DNA from: Opitutia bacterium KCR 482
GTDB taxonomy: Bacteria; Verrucomicrobiota; Verrucomicrobiia; Opitutales; Intestinicryptomonadaceae
Assembly (NCBI GenBank): GCA_029269845.2
Contig: CP149973.1
Location: 2,270,729 to 2,302,728, forward strand
Length of the DNA stretch: 32,000 nt
Direction: 5' to 3'
The notes under the pieces were generated by a model that had not been told where the DNA came from, made no database searches, and saw only the letters and a program-made list of their open reading frames with translations. Below are positions 8,342-16,120 of this stretch, piece by piece (positions within the stretch are counted from its first letter, which is position 1; every line of letters starts with the position of its first letter). The position numbers were made by a program, and so were the translations under genes.

Positions 8342-10105
8342 TTACATTTTTTCGAGAGGTTCTATGCCCAGAAGTCGCAGCCCCGCTTCGAGGATTCCGA
8401 GAGTTCGCGAACAGAGCACGAGGCGTTTTGCCATCGTGGGCTTGTCGTCCACAATAACCTTGTTCGCGTTGTAGAACGCCGAGAATACGCCCGCAAGTTC
8501 GTAGAGGTAAATGCAGAGGTAATGCGGGCGCAGTTCGGAGAGCGTTTGCTCGAACACCGCGGGCAGCGCCAGCATTTTGCGGGCGAGGGCGATTTCCTGC
8601 TCGGTTTCGAGCGGGGAGGCGTCCTTTTCGAAATCGGCGTCGGGCGACACTCCCACCTTGCGGAAAATGGAGTGCATTCGCGCCACTGCGTAGAGCAGGT
8701 AGGGAGCTGTGTTGCCCTCGAACGCCAGAAGTTTGTCCCACGAGAAAACGTAGTCGCTTGTTCTGTTTTGCACGAGGTCGGCGTAGCGGAGCGCGGCGAC
8801 CCCAACGGTTTCGGCGATTTTGTCGGCTTCGGCTTCGTCGATGTCGGGATTTTTCTCCTTCACAATCGACTTTGCCCTCGCGACCGATTCGTCCAAAAGC
8901 GCGCGCAGGCGGATAGGCTCGCCGCTCTTTGTTTTGATTGCCTTGCCGTCGCTTCCCAAAATCGTGCCGAACCAGACGTGGCGCAGGTCGGGCAGTTTGT
9001 ATCCCTTTGCGCCGAACCATTTCTTGGCGGTGAGGAAGAGCTGCTGGAAGTGGTCCTGCTGTCTGCCGTCGGTAACGTAGACAACTTCCTCCGCGCCGAA
9101 GTGCTCCACTCTGTAAAGAAGCGTCGCCAAGTCTGTCGACGCGTAGTTCGACGCGCCGTCGCTTTTGCGGATAATGAAGGGCTGGGTTTTGAATCTGTCG
9201 TGGTCGCGCAGGAACACGACGAGCGCGCCCTGGTCTTCCTCGGCGATTCCAGTTTCGGTCAGCTCTTTGTAGATTCTGCCGACCTTGTCGCGGTAGAAGG
9301 ATTCTCCGAGGGTGATGTCGATTGTAAGCCCCATGCGCTTGTACATTCTGTCGAACGCCACGACGCTCACCTTGTTGATTTCGTTCCAAAGGGCGACGTT
9401 TTCGGGGTCTCCGTTTTGAAGCTTCACAAGCTCTTCCCTCGCGGCGTCGGCGGCTTCCTTCGACTCCTTCACGAGCGCGCTGCCAAGCTTGTACATATGT
9501 TCAAGCTCTTCGAGCGAGTTTTCGTTGGCGGCGTCGAGCTTGTAGTTGTTTGTCTTGATTCCGTAGATGAGAATGCCGAAGTTTGTGCCCCAGTCGCCGA
9601 CGTGGTTGTCGGTAATGATATCCGCGCCGCAGAATTTCAGCAGGCGTTTGACGGCTTCGCCTATGACCATGGGGCGGAGGTGTCCTACGTGCATTTGTTT
9701 TGCGGTGTTCGGCGAGGGGTAGTCTATGACCATTTTCTTGCCGTCGAAAAACTTGCTTGCCGCAGATTTAAGTTCGGCTTCGCCCCTGTATTTTGCGAGC
9801 CACGCGCCGAGGAATTTGGGCGTGAGCGCGAAGTTTACGAACCCCGGCCCCGCAATCGAGACTGCGATGTACGATTCGTCGAAGTCGGGCGACGATTTCA
9901 GCGTTTCGACGAGCTTTTCAGCCGCCGCCCTCGGATTCTGTTTGCGCGACTTTGCGTAGGGCAAGACGCCGTTTGCCTGAAAGTCCCCGAATTTGGGGTC
10001 TGCGGGGCGAACCTGCGGCTGGAAATCCGCCTCAAAACCCGCCTTTTCGGCGGAGTCTTTCAGCAGTGCTTCTATTGCTTTTGACGGGTGGAACCAAATA
10101 TTCAT
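8342..10105 (-). CDS. argS: Arginine--tRNA ligase
   Basis: 587 aa. HIGH-type motif PNTAKQMHVGHLR. The N-terminal Add-1 region, the anticodon-binding C-terminal domain and the terminal ...EPLEKM are typical of ArgRS. Confidence 0.97.
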   Translation of the reverse strand: MNIWFHPSKAIEALLKDSAEKAGFEADFQPQVRPADPKFGDFQANGVLPYAKSRKQNPRAAAEKLVETLKSSPDFDESYIAVSIAGPGFVNFALTPKFLGAWLAKYRGEAELKSAASKFFDGKKMVIDYPSPNTAKQMHVGHLRPMVIGEAVKRLLKFCGADIITDNHVGDWGTNFGILIYGIKTNNYKLDAANENSLEELEHMYKLGSALVKESKEAADAAREELVKLQNGDPENVALWNEINKVSVVAFDRMYKRMGLTIDITLGESFYRDKVGRIYKELTETGIAEEDQGALVVFLRDHDRFKTQPFIIRKSDGASNYASTDLATLLYRVEHFGAEEVVYVTDGRQQDHFQQLFLTAKKWFGAKGYKLPDLRHVWFGTILGSDGKAIKTKSGEPIRLRALLDESVARAKSIVKEKNPDIDEAEADKIAETVGVAALRYADLVQNRTSDYVFSWDKLLAFEGNTAPYLLYAVARMHSIFRKVGVSPDADFEKDASPLETEQEIALARKMLALPAVFEQTLSELRPHYLCIYLYELAGVFSAFYNANKVIVDDKPTMAKRLVLCSRTLGILEAGLRLLGIEPLEKM

Positions 10106-10153
10106 ATCTAAAAAATAAACGCCGCTTCATTCTCGAAACGGCGCGGGGAGTTG

Positions 10154-10675
10154 CTATTTCCTAATTCCCAAAAACGCCTTGATACGCGCCGACCAGTTCG
10201 CCTTTTCCGCCTCCGTAGGCGCGGGGGCGGCGGATTCGTCCCACCACTGGGGGACTTCGGTGTCCAAGCCCGCGGCGTTGCGGATTGTAAAGACGAGTCT
10301 GTTGATTATGCTCTTGTGGTCTTCGTTTACCTTGTCTTTGAAAATTACGTCGAGTTGGTGGATATAGTTTTCCGCCTGCCTCATGATTGCGGGCACGCTT
10401 GTAACCGCGTAGACCGACGGCTCCGCCTTTCTGAACGCCTCTGTTGTGAGTTTTGCCATGATTCTTTTTGCGAGCATTTTCGAGGCTTCGTTCGGCGTGT
10501 CGAATATGAAAGTAAAGCAGATGTAGTCTATGTTCTCGACATTTTGGGGGATTGCCACTTTGCAGAGCCCGTCGAGTTCGCTCTCGCCCGATTCGCCGAT
10601 TTTGCAGAAATCGAAAAATGCGAGGAACTTTTCCTGTTGAAGAATTTCCAAAAGTTTGCTGTCTTTATTTTCCAT
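10154..10675 (-). CDS. Hypothetical cytoplasmic protein (173 aa) with a C-terminal amphipathic helix
   Basis: ATG at 10675. Coherent composition. No signal peptide or TM segment. A Pro/Ala linker (DESAAPAPTEAEKA) precedes ANWSARIKAFLGIRK. Lies directly upstream of argS on the same strand. No family recognised. Confidence 0.62.
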   Translation of the reverse strand: MENKDSKLLEILQQEKFLAFFDFCKIGESGESELDGLCKVAIPQNVENIDYICFTFIFDTPNEASKMLAKRIMAKLTTEAFRKAEPSVYAVTSVPAIMRQAENYIHQLDVIFKDKVNEDHKSIINRLVFTIRNAAGLDTEVPQWWDESAAPAPTEAEKANWSARIKAFLGIRK

Positions 10676-10700
10676 GGTATTTTTATGCTGAAACTTTTAT

Positions 10701-10709
10701 TGATAAAAT
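10701..10709 (+). promoter_or_regulatory. Candidate extended -10 promoter element (TGaTAAAAT) for the DUF456 gene
   Basis: TGATAAAAT lies in the 61-bp AT-rich divergent spacer, about 28 nt before the ATG at 10737. No good -35 element. Prediction only. Confidence 0.3.
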
Positions 10710-10736
10710 AGAAACACAACTTATTTTCAAGCCTAA

Positions 10737-11246
10737 ATGGAAAACCAAATCTATATTGCGTGCTGGGCGGGCGTCGTTTACATAATGTTGGCGGTAGGCG
10801 CGGTGGGTTCGTTCATTCCCGTCGTTCCGGGGCCGCTCCTTGCGGGGCTTGCGGTTTTATGCTTCAAGATTTTCGTTCCGTCGGCGGAAATTTCTTGGTG
10901 GCTTGCGGGCGCAGCGGTTGCGGTTTCGGTTTTTGCGCAGCTTGTGGACATTTTTGCGTCGTGGATAGGCGCAAAGAAATTCGGGGCTACGTGGCGCGGC
11001 GTTTTCGGCGCGTTTGTCGGCGTGTTTGCGGGCATGCTGATTCCCCCGCCCATGCTTTGGATTTTCATTGCGCCGCTGTTTTTTGCGCTCGCGTTCGAGC
11101 TTTTCGGCGGGGCGTCTTGGCGCGACGCGACGCGCGCGGGCATCGGAGCGTTTCTGGGAACGGTGTTCGCGTCGGTCTTCAAGTTTTTGAGCGTGGTGTT
11201 CCTCGCGCTCTGGTTTTCGCTTGAAATCGGCAGAATATATTTTTAG
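10737..11246 (+). CDS. DUF456-family small integral membrane protein
   Basis: 169 aa, with 4-5 hydrophobic helices. N-terminal ...GSFIPVVPGPLLAGLAVL motif and Gly/Ala-rich TM segments are typical of DUF456. Confidence 0.7.
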   Translation: MENQIYIACWAGVVYIMLAVGAVGSFIPVVPGPLLAGLAVLCFKIFVPSAEISWWLAGAAVAVSVFAQLVDIFASWIGAKKFGATWRGVFGAFVGVFAGMLIPPPMLWIFIAPLFFALAFELFGGASWRDATRAGIGAFLGTVFASVFKFLSVVFLALWFSLEIGRIYF

Positions 11247-11262
11247 CGGGCTTGCCGCGCGG

Positions 11263-12186
11263 CTATTTTTCGGCGCGTTTTGCGAAGTCGGCGGGCGAGG
11301 CCGGCGCGGCGGCGTTTCCGTTTGACGACAGGAAAATTCCGCCGTCCTCCGAGTATGCCGAAAGCCCGAAATTCCGCGCAATTCGGGCGCGGGCGGGGAC
11401 TGCCGCGACGGCGTCGCCGAACTTGGCGTCGGCGATTCCCAGCCGCTCCCTTTCGGCGTCCGACAAAATCCGCGCGCCAGATTCCTCCAAGACTTTGCGG
11501 ATTTTCGCTTCGGGCGCATTGGCGGCAAACCAGAACCGCACGGAGGTCTTTTCGAAAAACGCGATGTAGTCCTTGCCGTGCTTCAGCCCCGTTTTGCGCA
11601 GGGCGGCGCGGAGGTCGATTTCCGATTCGGCGGGCGGCATTGCCACCGGCGAGTATACTTGGATTTCGTTTTCGGGAGAGGGGAGGGCGGCGGCTATTTT
11701 GCGCGTAAGCCGCAGGCTTGGGTCGCGCGCAAGCCTCAGGAAAACGTCGCGCCCCGACTTCGCCCGCTCGACGGCGTCTTCCGCGTTTTCCTTGTCGGAT
11801 TTCGACGCGTCGAAAACCGCGTTTTTCGGGAGCGCGGGGGGCGTATTTTTTTCGGTAAAATCGAGGTATCGCAATGTTTCGTAGGGGATTTTTGCGAAGC
11901 CGAATTCGCCCGCGTATCCGCGCGATTTTTTGAATGCTTCTGCGATTTTCCCCCGCACTGCGGGCAGGTTGAAAAGGCATTTTGGGTGCAGCCCCGCGCC
12001 GAACGCGAATTTGAGGTATTTGAAAATTCCGAAAGGCGCGTCCGCGCCCGCCTTAATCCACAACGCCCGTCCGCCCGAAAGCGACGCCCCGTAGGAGGCT
12101 TCGGTTCTGGCGCAATGCGCGGCGGCTGCGGCTATTTCGCGCCCGTCGGCTTCGATTTCGTCTATGTAAATGAAGATTTTTGCCAT
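11263..12186 (-). CDS. Hypothetical protein (307 aa), no recognisable domain
   Basis: Single long ORF with natural composition. ATG at 12186 and no internal Met for more than 150 codons. No signal peptide or TM segment. Confidence 0.62.
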   Translation of the reverse strand: MAKIFIYIDEIEADGREIAAAAAHCARTEASYGASLSGGRALWIKAGADAPFGIFKYLKFAFGAGLHPKCLFNLPAVRGKIAEAFKKSRGYAGEFGFAKIPYETLRYLDFTEKNTPPALPKNAVFDASKSDKENAEDAVERAKSGRDVFLRLARDPSLRLTRKIAAALPSPENEIQVYSPVAMPPAESEIDLRAALRKTGLKHGKDYIAFFEKTSVRFWFAANAPEAKIRKVLEESGARILSDAERERLGIADAKFGDAVAAVPARARIARNFGLSAYSEDGGIFLSSNGNAAAPASPADFAKRAEK

Positions 12187-12215
12187 AAAAAAGTCCGTCG
12201 TTTGACGGACTTTTT
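12187..12215 (-). terminator. Intrinsic terminator of the MFS gene, abutting the next start codon
   Basis: Stem GTCCGTC (12193-12199) pairs with GACGGAC (12204-12210), loop GTTT. On the minus strand the hairpin is followed by T6 (plus-strand A-run 12187-12192) and then directly by the ATG at 12186. Confidence 0.72.
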
Positions 12216-12239
12216 CGCATTAAGCCGCGCGTTTTTCAA

Positions 12240-13391
12240 TTACATTTTTACGCCGTTTTTAGAGCACGCAAGGAACGCGAGGTACGCCATGCATAGCAGA
12301 AGCACCGCGACAGCCCCCGTCTGCGAGCCTGTCGCGTCGGACGCCGCGCCCATGACGAGCGGGAAAATTCCGCCGCCCGCAATCCCCATGACCATCAGCC
12401 CCGAAATTTCGTTCTTCCTGTCGGGCAGAATTTGCAGAGCGCGGGAGAATATAATTGAAAACACGTTTGCGTTGCCGACGCCCACAAGCGCGATGCACGC
12501 AAAAATCGCTGTTTTGTCGTCGGTAAAAAACAGAGCGGCACTTGCGGCAATCATCAGCGCGACGCTTGCCACGAAGAATTTTTGCGGCGACATTTTCGTC
12601 AAAATCACCGCTCCCGCGAACGCCGCCACGGTCTTGCTTAAAAAGTACAGGCTTGTTGCGTAGCCCGCCTCCGAAAGCGGAAGCCCCGCCTTTTCCATGA
12701 GGATTTTCGGGGCGGTGATGTTGACGCCCACGTCGATTCCCACATGCACGAGTATCCCGCAGAAAAGCGCGAGAATTGCGCCGTCTTTGAGGAGTCCGAA
12801 GCATTCGCCGAACGACGAGTTTTTCGCGGGCGCGCTTTCCCCGATTTTCGAGCACGCAAGCCAGACCGCCGGCACGAGCGACACCGCCGCGAAAACGGGG
12901 TAGGCCGCCCGCCATTCGCCGAAATTTTTTGCGCTCCAAATCACCGCCGCGGGCAGCGCGAACGACGCTATGCTCTTGACGAACTGCCCGAGCGTTATTC
13001 CGCTTGCAAGCCTTTCCGGCGGCACGATGTCGGCGACGAGCGGGTTCACCGAAACCTGCAACATTGTGTTGCCGATTCCGAGCAGCGCGAACGAAAAGAG
13101 CATCGACGGGAATGAGTAGTCGAGCATGGGCGCGAGCATTGCGACGGTCGTCGCCGCGACGCTCAGCGCGACAGTCTTGCGGCGTCCGAGCCTGTTCATG
13201 AGCATGCCCGTGGGCAGCGACAGCACCAGAAACCAGACGAACAGCATTGCCCCCAGCATGTTCGCCGACGTGTCAGACAGCCCGAAGTCGGCCTTAATGT
13301 AGTTCGACGAAATGCCGATTAAATCCACATAGCCCATGACGAAAAATGCCGCCAAAACGGGCGCAAATAATAGAGTGCTTTTGTTTTTCAT
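12240..13391 (-). CDS. MFS sugar transporter (FucP/GluP-like)
   Basis: About 12 TM helices. N-terminal FFVMGYVDLIGISSNYIKADFGLSDTSANMLGAMLF...LPTGMLMNRLGRRKTV parallels the fucose and glucose/galactose permease signature. Start taken at MKNKS (13391). The alternative upstream ATG at 13442 adds 17 basic residues. Confidence 0.85.
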   Translation of the reverse strand: MKNKSTLLFAPVLAAFFVMGYVDLIGISSNYIKADFGLSDTSANMLGAMLFVWFLVLSLPTGMLMNRLGRRKTVALSVAATTVAMLAPMLDYSFPSMLFSFALLGIGNTMLQVSVNPLVADIVPPERLASGITLGQFVKSIASFALPAAVIWSAKNFGEWRAAYPVFAAVSLVPAVWLACSKIGESAPAKNSSFGECFGLLKDGAILALFCGILVHVGIDVGVNITAPKILMEKAGLPLSEAGYATSLYFLSKTVAAFAGAVILTKMSPQKFFVASVALMIAASAALFFTDDKTAIFACIALVGVGNANVFSIIFSRALQILPDRKNEISGLMVMGIAGGGIFPLVMGAASDATGSQTGAVAVLLLCMAYLAFLACSKNGVKM

Positions 13392-13589
13392 AGTTAGTTG
13401 AACGATTAACGGGATTTTTGAAAATTTCCTCCGCTTTGTCAATTTTTATTTGCCGCGCATGGGGCGTTCGGGGGCAAAAAATAAAAAAAAACGAAAAACG
13501 GCGGAATTTTTCTTGCGTTTTGATTAAAAAACGAATTTCTTTGTGAGCTTCAAAATACAGATTTTGCAGAATTTCTTTAAATACTAATC

Positions 13590-13847
13590 ATGGCAAACAA
13601 CAAATCATCGAAAAAAGACATACGCAGAACCGAAACACGCACACTGCGCAATCGCAAGGCGGCAAGCCGCATCAAGACTTTGGCGAAGAACGCCGCGGCG
13701 AGCACCGACCTCGAATCCCTTAAAAAGAACGGAGCCGCGCTGGCTTCGGCTATGGACAAGGCCGTAAAAAGCGGCATCGTCCACCCCAACAAGGTAGCGC
13801 GCACGAAGAGCCGCCTCGCGAAGGCAGCCGCAAAGCTCGCCAAGTAG
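13590..13847 (+). CDS. rpsT: 30S ribosomal protein S20
   Basis: 85 aa, very basic. MANNKSSKKDIRRTETRTLRNRKAASRIKT... is the canonical S20 N-terminus. Confidence 0.93.
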   Translation: MANNKSSKKDIRRTETRTLRNRKAASRIKTLAKNAAASTDLESLKKNGAALASAMDKAVKSGIVHPNKVARTKSRLAKAAAKLAK

Positions 13848-13862
13848 GGCAATGTTTTGAAC

Positions 13863-13897
13863 TTCGGCTTCGGTATTCTCCGAAGCCGAAATTTTTA
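13863..13897 (+). terminator. Intrinsic terminator after rpsT
   Basis: Perfect 11-bp stem TTCGGCTTCGG (13863-13873) with CCGAAGCCGAA (13880-13890), loop TATTCT, followed by ATTTTT. Confidence 0.82.
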
Positions 13898-13967
13898 TAC
13901 GAGCTTTCCCCCAACTGCCGCCCGCCGATACTCTATTTATCCGCAACACGCAGGGCGCAAAACGGCA

Positions 13968-14405
13968 ATGGACGACATTCTTATCAGAGCCGAAGTTTTG
14001 GACGTGTGTCCGTCTCCGTACGGATACGCGGTTTTTTTGCGCGCCGACAAAAAAATTTTCGTGATTTATGTGGACAGGGCGCGCGGAATGAACATGCAAA
14101 GTGCGTTGTCGGGCATGAAGTCGGAGCGGCCGCTTACGTTCGAGTTCGTGTCGCAAATGCTCGACGCGCTCGAATGCTCCGTAAAAAGCGTCGTAATCTA
14201 CCACGTTGACGACGGCACTTTCTTCACCCATGTGAATATTGTCATGAAAAACGAGCTTGGCGAAAAAATCGCCGAGGTCGACGGACGCCCCAGCGACACA
14301 ATCGCGCTTGCGCTCCGCGCGGGCGCGCCGATTTTCGTTTCGCGGAAGGTTCTCGATTCCGTCGCCGACATGGGAGAGGCGTTCAAAAAAATCAAGGGCG
14401 CATAG
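13968..14405 (+). CDS. Bifunctional nuclease family protein (BFN/DUF151)
   Basis: Start MDDILIRAEV at 13968. The longer track ORF from 13857 would run through the rpsT terminator. AVFLRADKKIFVIYVD......SERPLTFEF....LDAL...V..VVIYHVDDGTFFT......GEKIAEVDGRPSDTIALALRAGAPIFV matches the DUF151 pattern. Confidence 0.8.
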   Translation: MDDILIRAEVLDVCPSPYGYAVFLRADKKIFVIYVDRARGMNMQSALSGMKSERPLTFEFVSQMLDALECSVKSVVIYHVDDGTFFTHVNIVMKNELGEKIAEVDGRPSDTIALALRAGAPIFVSRKVLDSVADMGEAFKKIKGA

Positions 14406-14411
14406 TTTTTC

Positions 14412-15449
14412 ATGGCAGACGCGCCGTTCTCCCGAAATTCGAAAAAGGTGTCGTTCCTCGCGCCCATGCAGGACATCACCGACGCTGGCTTCATGCGGGC
14501 GGTTTCCGAGCGCGGTGCGCCCGATTTCGCCATAGCAGAGTACTTCCGAATCCACGAGTATTACGAGCTTGAGCCGCACATTCTCGAATCGGTTTTGCTG
14601 AACCCGCAACGCGTGTGCGCCCAGTTCATCGGCGAAAACACCGAGTACATTTCCAAGGCAATAGCGCAAATCAGAAACTGCTATCCGCAGATAAAAATGC
14701 TCGACCTCAACTTGGGGTGCCCCGCGCCGAAAGTGTACCGCAAAAACGTGGGCGGCGGGCTTTTGCGCGACATTCCCAAAATCGCCGAAATTCTGCGCGT
14801 CATGCGCTCCGAGTGGGACGGCTGCCTTAGCGTGAAAATGCGCACGGGCTTCGATTCGGACGAAAGGTTCGCCGAGATTTTCGAAACGGTGCTCGCGGGC
14901 AAACCCGATTTCATAACAATCCACGCCCGCACCGTGAAACAGCTTTACAAGGGCGTTCCGAACTATTCGAAAATTGCCGAAGCCGTGCGCATGTGCGACA
15001 TTCCGATAATTGCAAACGGCGACATTTCGGGCGCGAAAAAGGCGCGGGAGATTATCGAATCGACGGGCTGCGCGGGCGTCATGTGCGGGCGGCACGCAGT
15101 CAGGAATCCGTGGATATTCAGGCAGATTTCCGAAGAGCTTGCGGGACTGCCCGTGTTCGAGCCGACTCTCGCCGACGTGCGCGGATATGTTGACGCCCTG
15201 CGGGCGAACATCGAGGCGTCGTCCGACCGCATGAAGTACGCAGACTCGCGCCTGAAAAAATTTCTGAATTTTGTGGGGACTGCCATCGACCCCGACGGCG
15301 CGTTCCTCTACAAAATGCGCCGCGCAAAGGGCATGGACTCGCTTTTGAAAGTCTGCGACGAGTTTATGCTCGACGGCGGCAACGCGCAAAAAATCTTCCC
15401 GCAAGAGCCTTACGCGGGCGTATGCTCGCGCCCGAACCACGAGCTATGA
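14412..15449 (+). CDS. dus: tRNA-dihydrouridine synthase
   Basis: FLAPMQDITDAGFMR, DLNLGCPAPKVYRKNVGGGLL (catalytic Cys loop) and ITIHARTVKQLYKG are classic Dus motifs. The start is 6 nt after the BFN stop. Confidence 0.92.
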   Translation: MADAPFSRNSKKVSFLAPMQDITDAGFMRAVSERGAPDFAIAEYFRIHEYYELEPHILESVLLNPQRVCAQFIGENTEYISKAIAQIRNCYPQIKMLDLNLGCPAPKVYRKNVGGGLLRDIPKIAEILRVMRSEWDGCLSVKMRTGFDSDERFAEIFETVLAGKPDFITIHARTVKQLYKGVPNYSKIAEAVRMCDIPIIANGDISGAKKAREIIESTGCAGVMCGRHAVRNPWIFRQISEELAGLPVFEPTLADVRGYVDALRANIEASSDRMKYADSRLKKFLNFVGTAIDPDGAFLYKMRRAKGMDSLLKVCDEFMLDGGNAQKIFPQEPYAGVCSRPNHEL

Positions 15450-16120
15450 ACGCCGAAATAGAAAGGCTTTCGAAGAAAATCACGCCCGAACGCTACGCAA
15501 AAATGCTCCGCGTTTTGGACATGCGCACGCGCAAGCTCGCCGTCGTTTTGGAGGACGTCTACCAGCCGCACAACGCCGCCGCCGTGCTCCGTAGTTGCGA
15601 CGCATTCGGCATTCAGGACGCGTATTTTATCGAAAACAAATACCTCGACAGAATAAGCGGGAGCGTCGATACTGGCGCGTCGAAGTGGCTGACCCTGCGC
15701 AGGTACGTTTGCGCCGAGGCCGTGGTTCCCAAAAACGGGATTTCAAAAAAGCACATTGTCTCCCGCGCCGCCGAGGAAAACACCGCACGCGCCCTGCGCG
15801 ACCTGCGCTCGCGCGGCTACCGCATTGCCGCCGCCGCCCTGCGCTCAGACGCCGTCGGCTTGGAGGAAATCCCCGTTGACAGGCCGCTCGCGCTGTTAAT
15901 CGGCACCGAGCGAATGGGGCTGAGCGCCGCCGCGCAAGCCGAGGCGGACTGCGTGTTTTCGCTCCCGATGGCGGGCTTTGTGCAGAGCTTCAACCTGTCG
16001 GTTTTTTCCGCGCTCTGCATGTCGGTTTTGTCGTCGCGCATGCGGGCGTTCGACGATTCTTGGAAACTTTCGGAAGCCGAGCGCGACGAAATTCTGTTCA
16101 ACTGGCTTTCCCGCGCCTAA
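15446..16120 (+). CDS. trmH: SpoU-family tRNA (guanosine-2'-O)-methyltransferase (TrmH-like)
   Basis: RYAKMLRVLDMRTRKLAVVLEDVYQPHNAAAVLRSCDAFGIQD plus the C-terminal knot motifs (LLIGTERMGLS, IPM.G.VQSFNLSV). ATG at 15446 overlaps the dus TGA as ATGA. An alternative ATG sits at 15422. Confidence 0.86.
   Translation: MNAEIERLSKKITPERYAKMLRVLDMRTRKLAVVLEDVYQPHNAAAVLRSCDAFGIQDAYFIENKYLDRISGSVDTGASKWLTLRRYVCAEAVVPKNGISKKHIVSRAAEENTARALRDLRSRGYRIAAAALRSDAVGLEEIPVDRPLALLIGTERMGLSAAAQAEADCVFSLPMAGFVQSFNLSVFSALCMSVLSSRMRAFDDSWKLSEAERDEILFNWLSRA

Noticed and set aside
8165-10084. 639-aa plus-strand ORF covering almost all of argS in antisense
   Set aside because: It mirrors a confidently identified gene. 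Its product is R/V/F/A/G-rich low-complexity sequence with no recognisable motifs. Long antisense ORFs are expected in GC-rich genes where TTA, CTA and TCA codons are rare.
13605-15440. 611-aa minus-strand ORF antisense to rpsT, BFN and dus
   Set aside because: Same artefact. It spans three independently supported genes and a terminator, and the translation is R/A/V/F-rich nonsense.
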